Below are positions 11,912 through 24,488 of a stretch of 64,000 bases of DNA, one piece after another. The DNA is taken from positions 165,602-229,601 of the forward strand of contig CBFFRP010000291.1 in the NCBI GenBank assembly GCA_965644295.1. The letters are read 5' to 3'. The position numbers were made by a program, and so were the translations under genes. The notes under the pieces were generated by a model. The model made no database searches. It was not told the DNA's origin and saw only the letters and a program-made list of their open reading frames with translations. Within the stretch, counting starts at the first letter, position 1, and every line of letters begins with the position of its first letter. Origin of the DNA: Paraphysomonas bandaiensis. Lineage: Eukaryota; Protista; Chrysophyceae.

Positions 11912-14589
11912 ATGACAGATAAACTCTCCTTTCAACACATTGGCCTGACAGGCTACACTGTCGGAGCATTACACCTCGAATCCAGTGGCATGCAATGGAC
12001 TGATCGTTCGAACACAATCACTAAATCATTTGATGGTACATCTATTACACAAGCATTATGGACTGTATACGGAACAAAAGGACACTTAAGACTATATTTA
12101 AATGATGGAAACTTTGCGATCTTTGATGGATTCAGTAAAGAAGACAGAAACAATCTCAGCTCTGCTATGAATGAATACTATAAGATACAATTACAAGAAT
12201 CAGATGTATGTATATTCATATCTATAGTGATATATGTGTAATAATATATATATAGCCTGCTTGTGATGGAGGAAATTTTGGAGATATTGATTTGGATGGT
12301 AATAGAATGACTTTCAAGTCCGCCAAGACAGGAAAACAAGTGTTTGAGCTTGGTCTACATAATGTCTCCCAGTGTGTCCTCCCTAGAAATAACAAAGATG
12401 AAGTGGAAATTCAATTCCATGAATCCGGTACAGTGGATAAGGAAGAAGATATGCTCGTACATGTTCGACTTCGTTTTCCTACAATTGAAAATGTTGGCAC
12501 TGAGTCTGGAGATGATGAAGATTCTACTCCGGCGGAGCAGTTCCAGAAGAAAATAATGGAGCGTGGAATGGTCAAATCCATCACTGGTAACGTTATCGCG
12601 GAGTTTACCTCAGAGCAAGGCACGTTTGTTACACCGAGAGGAAAATACACAGTTCAGATGTACTCGACATTTATGCGCATGCATGGCGCCAAGTACGACC
12701 ACAAAATTCTATATAAAGACATTGAGAGACTCTTTTTACTTAAACGGCCGGATGCTGTTAGCGCGGCGGTGGTAATTGCCCTCACTAAGCCGATCCGTCA
12801 GGGTAATCAGAAGTACCCCCATTTGGTTTTACAAACTCACCGCATGGAGTATACACTGAGTATTAACTTATCAGAAGAGGAGATTCAAGAAAAGTACGAT
12901 GGTCAGCTCTCTCCAGAAATGACACTTCCTATGTGCAATATATTTGCTAAGGTTTTTAAAGTATTATCACAGAGCAAGGTAAGTACAGCAAGGGTATATT
13001 TCTCACGTTTCAGTCGTTTTAGCATTTATGTTCTGTCTAGTTACTAACTTATGTCCGATGAATGAATGCAGGTGTTCATATCCAAAGACTACAAAAGTGC
13101 GAGAGATGATGAGTGTGTTAAATGCTCCCACAAGGCTAACGATGGTCTCCTTTATCCCCTGACAAAGCTCATGATCTTTATTAACAAGCCTACGGCGCTT
13201 ATCCAGTATTCGGACATAGAGTACTGCGAATTCCAGCGTTATATACCTAATGCACACTCCGGTAAGGCATCGTCATCGGCCTCATTGCTATTTGTTAAGA
13301 TATGTGATGTAACTATGTGTGTTTTGCCTGCACAGCAACGAAAAACTTCGACTTATTTGTAAAGCTCAAGCCCACCGCTACTGTATATGGCGATATAAAG
13401 GAATACACATTCAGTGGTATTGAGAGGCCGGAGTATGCCCAACTCAACGCATTCTTAAGCAGCAGGAAACTTGACATCCGCTCTGATGACAACGGGGCTG
13501 GAGATATGTCTCTGTTGGAGCAGTTGGGCGGGATGGAGGAGGAGAGTGAAGAAGACGATGACTATGAGAGTGAGGAGTCGTCCGATAGTGGGAGTGAGAG
13601 TGACGAAGATGATGCGGTTATTGTTGAAGAAGAAGGGATACCCTTGAAGAAGAAAAATAGAGATAAGGTATTTTCATAAAAATTAGATGTAATACACCAT
13701 TGACAAAAGTTGCTTCGATAATATGTCTACACTTTTTTATGCTCTTAGTGATATATCGTGCAGAGAGGTCGGAGTGAAAAGACGTCTAAGCGCAAGTCTG
13801 AATCCAGTGGGGTAGATACCGCATCGCCTGCACCTGAAGGACGTAAAAAGGCTCGCAAAGACCCGAATCTTCCAAAGGGCGCAAGATCCGCCTATACATA
13901 TTTCCTAGAAGAGGTATTTAGTTATTACATTAGCATGAACTCATGTCCCTGGCATATAATTGGACTCTATTCACGCTAACACGTCATGGTGCAGCTAAAT
14001 CCGACCCTCAAGGCCGAAAATCCTGATGCCAGTTTCGGAGATATTTCTAAGCTTGCTGGGGAAAAATGGAAGGCGATGTCTGCGGAGGAGAAGGAGAAAT
14101 ATGAAGCTTTAGCGAGCTCTGACAAAGACCGATATGCTCAGGAGATGGCAGAGTATACCCCTGCTGATGGTTACGGTGATGATGGGAAGGCGCTGGGATC
14201 TACAGGTGGTAGCAAAGTCACTAAGAGGAAACGTGAAAAAGACAAGAATGCACCGAAAGGTACGGCTATGATTTAATGGATCTGGCATAAAAAATCATGC
14301 AGGTGCTTCGTCGGCATATATCATCTTCTCGACGAAGAACCGTCAGGCTATTAAGGATGAGAACCCGGAAATGACGAACACTGATATCGTAAAGGAGACA
14401 GGTGCTCGTTGGAGAGCTATGACTGCTGAGGAAAAGGCTCCTTATGAAGAGTTGAGTCAAGCAGACAGATCAAGGTACGAGAGTGAGATGGAAGCCTATA
14501 AACAGAAAAAAAGTGAAGCCGCGGACTCTGACGCTGAAGGGGGAGATGATGACGACGAGCCTATGGACGAGAGTGACGCGGAGGACTAG
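11912..14589 (+). CDS. SSRP1: FACT complex subunit SSRP1/Pob3, multi-exon, with two C-terminal HMG boxes
   Basis: FDGF, GGNFG, TPRGKY, PIRQGNQKYPHLV, DGLLYPL...FINKP and an acidic tract. HMG boxes are KDPNLPKGARSAY...GEKWKAMSAEEKEKY and KDKNAPKGASSAY...GARWRAMTAEEKAPY. Confidence 0.95.
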
Positions 14590-14833
14590 AAAAAATTAGG
14601 GTAGTTAGGTTATATTGCAACGTCTCTGCCCGTGTGACATTCGTTATAAGATAATTTATCGTAGTGTTGAAACGTTATTCAAAATTTTGGTGTTGAATCA
14701 AACAATTGATCTTACATTCTACTTCCACATGAATATGTCATAAAGAGCCCCCTACCAGTAATTAAACACTGAAACATAACGCGGAATTAAACACACTCTT
14801 TAAATACTAGCTATGCCTACTGATATTGATTAG

Positions 14834-15037
14834 TGAATGTCTTATTATTAGCTATATGTATTTAAGAGTCAGAACTAATTTAGCATTGCAATGTAACTAA
14901 CTAGTGCTTAACTCTGACATTATTATTACGTTTCTAGTTTCTATAGCCCTTACTCCCTACTTTTGGCTTACCCTTTATTCCGAATTCCGATAATTCTTCT
15001 TTTGTTAAGTGTGTACTCTTATAATTGCGGTTATGAC
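14834..15037 (+). mobile_element. LTR-like fragment (~195 bp) followed by PBS-like GGTTATGA; same family as 790-983 and 52387-52594
   Basis: TGAATGTC..ATTATTAG...TAAGAGTCAGAACTAAT...ACTAGT.CTTAACTCTGA is shared with 52387 onward. The ~195-bp distance to GTTATGA is the same as in the 983 copy. Confidence 0.55.
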
Positions 15038-15140
15038 AACGATTTCCATGCTGTATCAGGCAACATAACTGCAATACATGTATATATTCATATATTCCAC
15101 TGAGTCAAGGAGTAGGCGCATAGCTGCCTTTAAGTTTATT

Positions 15141-15290
15141 AAGAAACAGAAATAGTTTGATCTTTAAGATATGTTTAGTAACGAGAGGTTCACAAAACGA
15201 GATTGTGTTGTTTGTCACAATTCGTGCAGACGATATCAATTAACCTATCTAGGCTAACGACAAAGTCTCTGAGATCTAGTTAAGAATGAG
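15141..15290 (+). mobile_element. LTR fragment related to the LTR of the Copia element at 61109
   Basis: GAAATAGTTTG.TCTTT.AAGATATGTTTAGTA...CACAAAACGAG.TTGTGTTGTTT..CACAATT.GTG...ACGATAT...CTATCTAG matches 61231-61406. Confidence 0.75.
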
Positions 15291-15454
15291 TTAACTAACT
15301 TGATAAGAACTCGCTGTGTCCCTGATTGATACACTATTTAATCTTAATCATATAAGTAAGCAGAAAAGCAAATAATAATAAAAAACTATTCATAGACTCA
15401 ACATTTCTCGCAGTAGCAGAATAGTTTCAACTTAAAAAACTGCACGTACGTATA

Positions 15455-18400
15455 TTAACCTATTTTCTCAAGGATGTCCTTCAGAAGACCCTCAATTTTT
15501 TCGTTAGACTCTTCAAGGCGCAGAAGCTTTGCTTCAAGACTACTGTCCTGAACAAAAGCATCGTTTACCTCGTCGTCATACATGCGGTAAAAAATACGGT
15601 CTTCACAAAACTTTTCTTCGTCAGTCATCTCGCCTAGATTTTCAATAATTAGTGAAGTCTGCTCCAACCGCCACTGTGCAAGACCTTTTTCTTTTACACT
15701 TCCTGAAAAATAAGTATGAGATGAATGTACATAGTAACAGCGTAGTACATGAAACCACGACGATCAAATGTACACCTTACCATAGCTGTCACCCATAAGA
15801 GCAATCAAAAGATTTAGCAGTAGAATTGAAACAATCAGCATATACACTGCCGATAAAAACAGTCCATAGCTTTTCATGGAATATGACAGACCATCAAAAG
15901 CTTCTGGATCGAACCCACCCAGCATGAAGGAGAAAGAATTTATCAGTGAGCCATCAATTGAAGCGAAAGCTAAATCATCATCAACAGTAGAAATCAACCA
16001 AAAAGCTTGTGAAAATCCCAGCAATACAACAAAAACGACAAACATGAGAGCCTGCATGTCGTGTGCAATTCGTAGAATCATTGACACTGCAAAAGAAGCG
16101 ACAATTACACATATCACACAAATATGAAGACTTCATACCTAGTGGCCCAGTCGCTTCAAACGCTCGCAAATAATACAGTGTTTGAAACCACCTAGACACC
16201 AATATTATACAAGAAAATCTCACGTACTCTTCATCATTATACTTACATGCATATAGAATTTATACTGAGAAGAACTCGTGAGATTTGATTATCATCCCAA
16301 TAAACAAGCCTTACGATGTTTCCACATAATCCCGATATTATAATAGTCATTTCAATTTGATTCCAAACTTCTGAAAAATAACCCCCAGAGAGGTCTGTGA
16401 GCGTATTAAATTCGTTAAGCTCAGATTTCGCAATATAAACAGTGAGCAATAGTTGTAGTGCGATCAAACACAATGACACAGGCCAGTACGACGTATCTTT
16501 TAAATCACTGAAAGTATATACTGATATGGCACCGATTACCACGTATATGTAGTACACAGCCATCTCATAAATATGAACGGTTCTTCCAAACTTTCGCCAG
16601 GCATAGCTGAGAGCCATTTGTCCGACATCTGAGTCAAATATAGCAACGTTATCCAATTCATCACATACATCCGACATCGCTTGTAGCATAGATGTATGCG
16701 CCAAATGGGGCAAAGGCAAGTATTTATACACAACATCACGATGCTTGCAATGGGAATTGTTAGTATTTTTGTCCACAACTTTAGAGCTGTACATCTTCAG
16801 CCCGATCTCTTTGCTATCTTTCTCATACAAGAAGAAATCTCCATCTTTAATGGATTTTCTACGAGATGTTGGTTGAAGTTTGATACTACAAATGAGCCTA
16901 GAAAACTCCGCCGGGTATTCTCTTGATAACAGCAGCAGGTCTTCTCTCTGCAATTCAGCATTTTCATCATATAGAAGATCATCATCCCCAGAAGGTGTGG
17001 ATGTTAAGAAATGTATCCAACATGATACAATAGCGGAAACGGCGTGAGACTCATTTGCCGCAATAGCCATTGCCAGTAAGCTAGCCTCCACGCCGACTTC
17101 CTTACATGGCTTACTACTATTCGATTTCACGAGACCAATGCGGGTTTGAGGCAAAAATTCTAAGACGAATTCTATTTTGACTCGTTCAATGGCAAGTTTG
17201 AAAAGATATGAGTAATGAACAAAAAACGCTTCTGCACCGACTTCATTAACTAATTGAGACACTCTTGGCCAAGAGCTATCATATTCTCTAAGTGCCTCAG
17301 CCATGACATGACTATTCTTTTGTTCACTGTCGAATTCAAACGCTTGTCTCACAAAATCTTTGTTTGGTAGGGTACCAAGGAAGTCAAACGAAATGCGTAC
17401 AGTAGAGTCGGCTGAAGAACTCGCCACGGCAGGGTCGCCGTCGCATGGACAGAATATAGCGACCGATGTGACTTCGGCGGTATGTCCTTCAATTGTCTTG
17501 ATATGCTTAAATGTCTTGAGGGAATAAACTCTAATCGTCATGTCCTAGACGTGTTCATTAAATAGTTTTAAGCTTGCACATAATATACAGCAATGTACTA
17601 ATACCTCTAGTCAACGATATTCAAAATAATAAATATATAAGTAATAGACATGACGCATCGCTTACCCACGAACTGCTTACAAGTACTGGATACTGTCCCT
17701 CAATATCACGCATAGCAATCGACTGAATTTCATCTGTGTGTCCATACAGAGTGTGTTTAAGTGTATAAGGTTCCTCTAGTGACCAAATACGTATAACACC
17801 ATTGATATCTCCAGCAGCGACAATCGGACCATTGGGAAGGTTGAGAGTAGCCAAAGAGGTAAGGGGTGCATCACTATCATCCAAGTCGGCTAAAATATTT
17901 CCATCGCAAGACCACAATAAAATATTAGTATCAACTCCAGCACTTAGAAGAATGGGCTCGGTAGAAATATTACAATTTAGAGGAAGTTGATGTTTCTTTC
18001 CTGACCGACTGGAGGATGGGACACTTCCCCCAAGTTTTTTAGTGCGAGGTTTCGGTATATGAATATATGCGCACACGGCTGTAACATCAAAAGTGTGCGA
18101 ATCCAATACATGTTGACATTTACCAGTTTTCAAGCACCACATTCTCATGGTATTGTCTTCGCTTCCGGTCAAGAAAAATGGATCAACAGCTCTAATTTTA
18201 ACACCGTCAATAACCTGCTCGGAGACGCCATTGAACGAAAATATGTTTGTAATAGGGCCATCATGTCCTGTTATATCCGGCCCAATTTTATTTCCTTCCC
18301 ATAATTCATACATACGAATAATATTATCTCTTCCAGCACAAATAACAATATCTTGTGAAATGTCAATAACGTCTGTACCGTCTTCAGAAATAGGAGGTTG

Positions 18401-19885
18401 GAAAATATCAGAGGTGTATATAGCCACAGCACGCAATCGCTGGCTCGACACCTTTTTTGACCATACTTCTTCACTTCCACGTAGTTTCTGGGATATTTCA
18501 TACATCCGAAGCGTACCATCCTCAGATACTGTAACTACTGCTACGCACTCAGCATCACAGTACACTGCCATATCGTTGACACGGTTCCTTGATTCTTCTA
18601 CAACCGAATTTTGTGCAGTAGAACTTAAGCCTTCTTTCGTTCGAGATTCGTCCGTAATCTTCAACGCTGGTTTCAACTCAAGAAGACTCATTTCTTCAGC
18701 AAACAACCATGTTCTCAGAGTAGTATCTTTGCTTCCCGAAACAAGGATAATATCACCCTTATTTTCCGGAGATTCTAAACAAGTTACAGCGAGAGCTTCC
18801 TCCGTATGACCTTTAAACACCCTCAGCAGCTCTCCCGTTTCCAATGACCAAACTCTTATATTGCCGTTTGCACACGAGCTTACCACAATGGCATTCTCAT
18901 CGTCTGAGGAGCATAGTGCTATGTCTGTGATAGTCTCCTGATGGCCTTTGAGTGAACGAACTAAGTCGCCCGACTTATAGGACCAAATGCGAATTACAAA
19001 GTCTCGACAAATTGTTAAAATATACGTGGTAGAGTTACTTTTGCTATGATGCACAGCAATGTGCTTGATACGTGAGGGGTTGTTTTGAATTTCTTTTACA
19101 GGTACGGAGTTTCCAGATTGGTCTGGAGGTGCTAATTTCCACACTCGTATCACGCGGTCCTTTCCCCCACTAAACAACAGTGGGCCGTTTTCGGGGCATA
19201 TAAATACATCCAAGCATAAAACCCATGTTATAATAGCAGGATTCATGATAACATACATGTGCTCTCCTTTACTCATAGACCAAACGCGTATGGTTGCGTC
19301 TGTACTAGCGCTCACTATCACAGGGCTCTCACTCGACATTTCCACTATTTTCACTGCAGTTATTCGATTCGTGTGATATCCTGTTAACTCGAACAGATGT
19401 TTCCTAGGGGATGCATCTGATTCTGAGGTGGAGGAGGGAAGAGACCACACCCGTATCGACTCATCCCAACTACCCGTTACAGCCATTGGGCCCGTAGACG
19501 CAGAGTAGTATGAATCTAACGTAACTACTCGTTGTGTATGTCCTTTAAGCGTTGCTATACGTGTCCCATGTTTTAATGACCATATAAGCACTTGTTTATC
19601 TTCTCCACCACTCAATACAAGTGTATCTAATGCCTCTGGTAATGATAGAGTGGTGACTGAAAGTATCGCACTCTGATGACCTTTATACGTTATTCTAGGC
19701 GCTTTAATCGACTCCACTCCTTCAGATACACGAAACGCACTTATACGCTTACGACCACTTCGACTTGAGGTGTCTGCATTGCCATTAGAGTCTAATGAAT
19801 CCTCTCTATGAAATTGTGGTGGGTTGATACTAGGCAGTTGTTTAGGATATAACTTAGTACCACTTTCCGCGTGTACTTTTGCCAT
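15455..19885 (-). CDS. WD40-repeat protein fused to a TRP-like six-TM cation channel domain (multi-exon)
   Basis: More than 10 WD40 repeats (GH...SGxxDxxIRVW). Then WNQIE (S3), YYLRAFEATGPLVSMILRI (S4-S5), pore FSFMLG, S6 ILLLNLLIALMGDSY, TRP-box-like AQWRLEQ and a C-terminal coiled coil. Confidence 0.85.
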
Positions 19886-20356
19886 AGTGATATATACGAC
19901 AATGCTAATGAAGTCGAAGTGTGAAGTTACTATGAAGTTAAATCAAAGTCGAAGTGTGAAGTTAGTGTATCCAATAAGCCGACTGGCTGTTACAAATATC
20001 TTTTATATAGTAGTATACGGATAGTGTATTCTACTGAACTATAATAATCCTACAGGTGTACGATGGTCATATATCACGTACGATACACTGTAGTCATAAA
20101 AAGGGATGAGATACATAGCTATGAGCTGTGTGGGATGTTCCATACATTATACGCATCAATCTACACACTAGTTTACAGCAATATCAATACAAATACGACC
20201 TTTCAACCCTCTCATGTTGTAAAGGACACTGCTATGGCATATTTGAAGTGATTACAATGGGGTAGATATCCATTGTCATACAGTATACAAGATCACTAGT
20301 AGCATGAGGTTGTTATTAAGGATATCTGGTCCAAATATTCATCTTTCGCTTGTATC

Positions 20357-21424
20357 ATGAGTGAGTGGTCAGATTCTGTAGTGGCAATGTTTGCCGTGTC
20401 AGTAGTGATCCTGGTGGCAGAAGTATACATTCTTCTATTCAGAATAGCATATACTCATGTTAAGGTGGCATCAGGGCGACGTATAAGGTTTATGGAGTAT
20501 ATTGGTATGTCGAGCATTGTTACATCGGTGCTATACACCATTATAGCTCTATGTCTGGTTATATTGACTCAGAAACCTGATAAAGTGGCATGTGAAGTAT
20601 CCATCTTTCTATGTATATTTTTGTACGCCTCCAGCAAAATTCAGATATACCTATTCCTGGTAGAAAAGTCGCATCTAGTTCAAAATAATAGAGTGCGAAG
20701 ATCAGATTCGAACTTATACAAGTTGAATGTAATGCTCTTACTTCCATACATTGGGGTACTGGTCCTCATGGTTATTTATCGGATTAATAAAGTAGATAGT
20801 CAAGGTCACTGCGTAATAGGCCTCTATGAAGAAAGTTCAATTCCATTACTCATCTATGATACAGTGTTCAGTGTCTACATGTTGACTCTCTTCTTATATC
20901 CTTTACTTGCTGTACCAAGCCTAAAGTCGAGCTCCACGGGCAAATATGCAAAGAAAAATTTAGTTGGAGCTACTATATCAACTGTCAGTTCATTCGTTAA
21001 CATTTTTACTATATATGCATCCCACGGATCACTTCGGGGCCACGAATGCTTGTTTTACTGCTTGTGTGATGTGTTTGTGAATGTCGTGGTTCTGAACTGG
21101 CTTCTGGGGGGAATGGATGGATGCTGTAGACGCAATGAGGATGTTCAATGCATTAGCCCTACTTCTATGCCGGACGTACCAGCCAGAGAGGAGTCCTCGG
21201 TTTTCCCTGATCGCTTCACCCAACCTCCCTCGAGTAATCCAACTACTACAAGCTCAGGTCGCCAATTTTTTCCGCCCGGGACTCCAGTGGAAGGAGATCG
21301 TGCAGAGTCGATCCTATCTGTGTTCCAGAAGATACTGTTTCGCCGAACACAATCATCTGTCACCCCATTGCCTACGAATGAAGATAAAACTGTAACAAAA
21401 CGGCAAATTGAGTTTGTAGTGTAA
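20357..21424 (+). CDS. Intronless seven-transmembrane (GPCR-like) protein
   Basis: Seven hydrophobic segments; Cys at the top of TM3 (ACEVS) and in extracellular loop 2 (GHCVIG); Ser/Thr/Pro-rich C-terminal tail. Confidence 0.75.
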   Translation: MSEWSDSVVAMFAVSVVILVAEVYILLFRIAYTHVKVASGRRIRFMEYIGMSSIVTSVLYTIIALCLVILTQKPDKVACEVSIFLCIFLYASSKIQIYLFLVEKSHLVQNNRVRRSDSNLYKLNVMLLLPYIGVLVLMVIYRINKVDSQGHCVIGLYEESSIPLLIYDTVFSVYMLTLFLYPLLAVPSLKSSSTGKYAKKNLVGATISTVSSFVNIFTIYASHGSLRGHECLFYCLCDVFVNVVVLNWLLGGMDGCCRRNEDVQCISPTSMPDVPAREESSVFPDRFTQPPSSNPTTTSSGRQFFPPGTPVEGDRAESILSVFQKILFRRTQSSVTPLPTNEDKTVTKRQIEFVV

Positions 21425-21837
21425 CGAAACGTATAGTTTCGATATTGTGTGTATGGTGTTACTTGATGCTTTAAATCGAGTAAAATTTGTCTAAAAATAA
21501 GATAGGAATGTAGGATTGCATATATTACATTGTTTTAAATGTTTGTCCTGGGAAATGCTTACTTTTGTGCAGTTGGATTTCTCTGAAAATAAAAGATAAT
21601 AATACGCTGAACCTGAAGTGACTTTTTAACATTATACAGTCAACCCGGCCACACCAACACTGAATGAGTAGTTTTAATAAAGGAAAGGTTGACATTATTA
21701 AACTGGCCCTGTGAAGTTAAGCTGTACCAAAGTTTCCAAGGCAAGAGGGCTGCTTGTCATTTACAGCATGTTTAAGCATTTCAACCACTTAGTACTTAGT
21801 AGTGGTTAAAATATTACAAAGTCATATTATTACAAAA

Positions 21838-21915
21838 GTCAATTGATTGTCAATTATTGAAATCGGGACATCAAATCATAATTGCAATTGTATTTGATGC
21901 TTCAATTAAGTTGAA
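21838..21915 (+). repeat. Fragment of an AT-rich hAT-like non-autonomous repeat
   Basis: AATTGATTGTCAATTATTGAAATCGGGACATCAAATCATAATTGCAATT is the reverse complement of 24921-24985 and resembles 52238-52280. Confidence 0.7.
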
Positions 21916-22064
21916 ATACTTCCAATGTATTTCGGTTTGATTGTTGATGGGTAGACGTACAGCAATTTTTAAAATATATTTTCTCGACAAGGATGACAAA
22001 GGTGATGACAGTGAGAGTCTAGCTCAGAATGACTGCTGGTAGCAACATTAGACTTATCGTAGCA

Positions 22065-22470
22065 GGCTGCCCCATTCTGAGCGCGTACTTAGGTAGAGCC
22101 TGGTGGGGGCCGGGTGGGTACCTAACTAATACTTGATTTAAGTCCCATACGTTATTTGCTAGCTACCTACTGAACCCAACTAGCTACATCATTATCACAC
22201 GGTATTCAGCGCTGAATATGCAGTGAGACCCCGAGTGGGGAACTGCTGAACTGAGCAATGTGTACATAGATAGAAGTGCGCGGTCGCAACACTCAGCAGC
22301 ACCCACTAGAGGGCCGCACGCAGTAATTAGTTACGCTGTCAATATGGGGCACCCCCCATCCCCTTTAAATCTACGCATACCATACACACAAAAACAAGCA
22401 ACGCATAGTATATGCTGTATTAGGTATTATATAGTGGGGAAAACACAATTCACTTATGCTTTCTACCTTT
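22065..22470 (+). mobile_element. Dispersed repeat with PIF/Harbinger-like TIRs GG(C/G)TGCCCCAT (22065-22354); second copy at 4005-4337
   Basis: GGCTGCCCCATT...ATATGGGGCACCC inverted ends; colinear with the 4-kb copy apart from small insertions. Confidence 0.7.
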
Positions 22471-23578
22471 ATGGACACGAAGCCCATTCAAATTCTTTGC
22501 GACAAACCCGCATATTGTACACACAAGTCTCATCTTCTCCTCTACTCGCTTCTTTCGCTCTTCTAGGCAACAGAAGCGACGTCTAAATCAGCAAACTCGT
22601 TCCCGCAGGATGAAGCACTTGCCACAACCAATAGTGTTGAAAGGTTGTTCAGTTGTACATGCAAGCATACATATAATAATATACACAATATATATCACCA
22701 GCAAGAGGTCTCACTCTTCCTAGCATAGCCCAGATAAGTGACCAACCATAGCTAGCACTCACCAGAAGATAGACATCCAAATCTCACTCACAAGAGTATA
22801 GTTGAACGCCACAGCGTTACACAGTAGAGCTAAGATTGTTAAAGAATATGCAAGAGTATTACTTATGTTTTTACGCATGAACCGTCGCCGCTGCAATAAA
22901 AGTTAGGTTGTATTACTAGCTGTGGTGATTTACCATTGTATTTACTCTGGTAACTACTATTACCATTGTATTGCTGATCCGAGCTACTGTGGTGCCCTTG
23001 TGGCCGAACTACGATGAATCTAGTAAACCCATCTGAATCAATAGTGCTGAATGTTTTATTTTTCAGGTCATCAGCTCCGTAATGCCGCTCATGTTGTGCC
23101 TTGACAACAATGGAACCTTGGATTTCAGAAATAAACTCAGAGCTCTATAACTACTTTCTAAATGCTATTCCTGTAGTCGGCTCGGCTGTATTCCTCTTTT
23201 AATATTTTAGCCCAGCTATATGTACAAGTACTGTAATTACTTGTTTGTATGCAAGTAGTGGTTGATTTCAGTTACCATTGAAGCTCATTGATGTTATAGT
23301 GCGATAGATTCTCACTACGAAGCATGTGTAGCAGTATATGATACTGTAGAGAGGACTGATCCTCATCATCTCCGCAAAAATACTACAAACGACGTACAAA
23401 AACGCCAGATTTCTTATATAGCATCCTATAAATATTCCAGTATTCAAGCCATTATTAAGCAAAACCTCCTCATTCGATCCCCCAAAAATGACCCTTTTCC
23501 AAAAAAAAAACAGGGCCCTCTTTTCAAGAAAATTTCTGAGAAAATGAAGACCCATTACACATACTCGGAATTCCTATA

Positions 23579-23729
23579 CGTATTGGCATCCTTTGTATAT
23601 TTTTGTTCCAAGATGCCTCTAATATTGAGACAAAAATTATCTGTATTCCAGCTGTAGTTTTATTGCAGATATATAGAGTATATTTGCTTCAATTTATTTC
23701 CGAAAAATAAGATGCCGACTGCCGATACG
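23579..23729 (-). mobile_element. 151-bp MITE-like element, copy 3
   Basis: TA|CGTATTGGCA...TGCCGATACG|TA: TIRs with a TA duplication, as in Tc1/mariner/pogo elements. Confidence 0.9.
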
Positions 23730-23946
23730 TACAACTTACGTATACGCTATGTACAGTATGTTCTATCTATGGTGGTATGTCTGTATGGTATGTATAGTAC
23801 ATACTCGTATATGTACATGTATGTATCTCATAATCTCGCACTATCAGCGATACATGCATACATATACCATATAGAGAAATCAATCTACTAAGACAGTTCG
23901 TAGTCATATAACTTACAACTGTCTCAAACATTATCACAGTAACTCA

Positions 23947-24488
23947 ATGAGTGTATCATGTCTAGGGGAACTTCTTTATTTCCCACAAAAACAATTCTCT
24001 CCACGATTTGGAGATAAGTTTTTCACTGTCTACATACGTGATCATGCTATTAGAGGCAGTGATTCAGCATGTGGTGGTCGATTTGCTGTATATAAATTGG
24101 AAGTATGTCGCGGTAGGGAGAAGTGGTATATATATCGCAGATACAGGTACCATCCTACACAGTGTGTATATATATATGTATATATGTATCTTCGGCTCAT
24201 ATTTCTGACAGTGAATTTGATAAAATGAGAAAAGAATTATCCGATGAAATTCCAGCTAATGTAGAGACTCTACCTTCACTGCCCCCTAAAACTTGTTTTC
24301 GTGCCGTGGATGAGGTGGGAGGCGCTGTTTATGCATTGTACAGAAACTAAAGTATTCATGCTTAGGATTTTTTAAATGAAAGACAAAAGCAACTTGCTGA
24401 ATTTATGGAAAGTTTACTTGAAATTTTGTGCAAAGAAAATCTTTTGCATACAGATGCCCAGGCAGTTCGTTCATTTTTAGGCTTGTAA
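23947..24488 (+). CDS. Small PX (Phox) domain protein, 3 exons
   Basis: FAVYKLEV...WYIYRRYSEFDKMRKEL...LPSLPPK...FLNERQKQLAEFMESLL...VRSFLGL*. Confidence 0.88.

Noticed and set aside
10739-14589. Large endogenous giant-virus insertion
   Set aside because: No capsid, polB, packaging ATPase or other viral hallmark genes; neighbours are intron-containing host genes.
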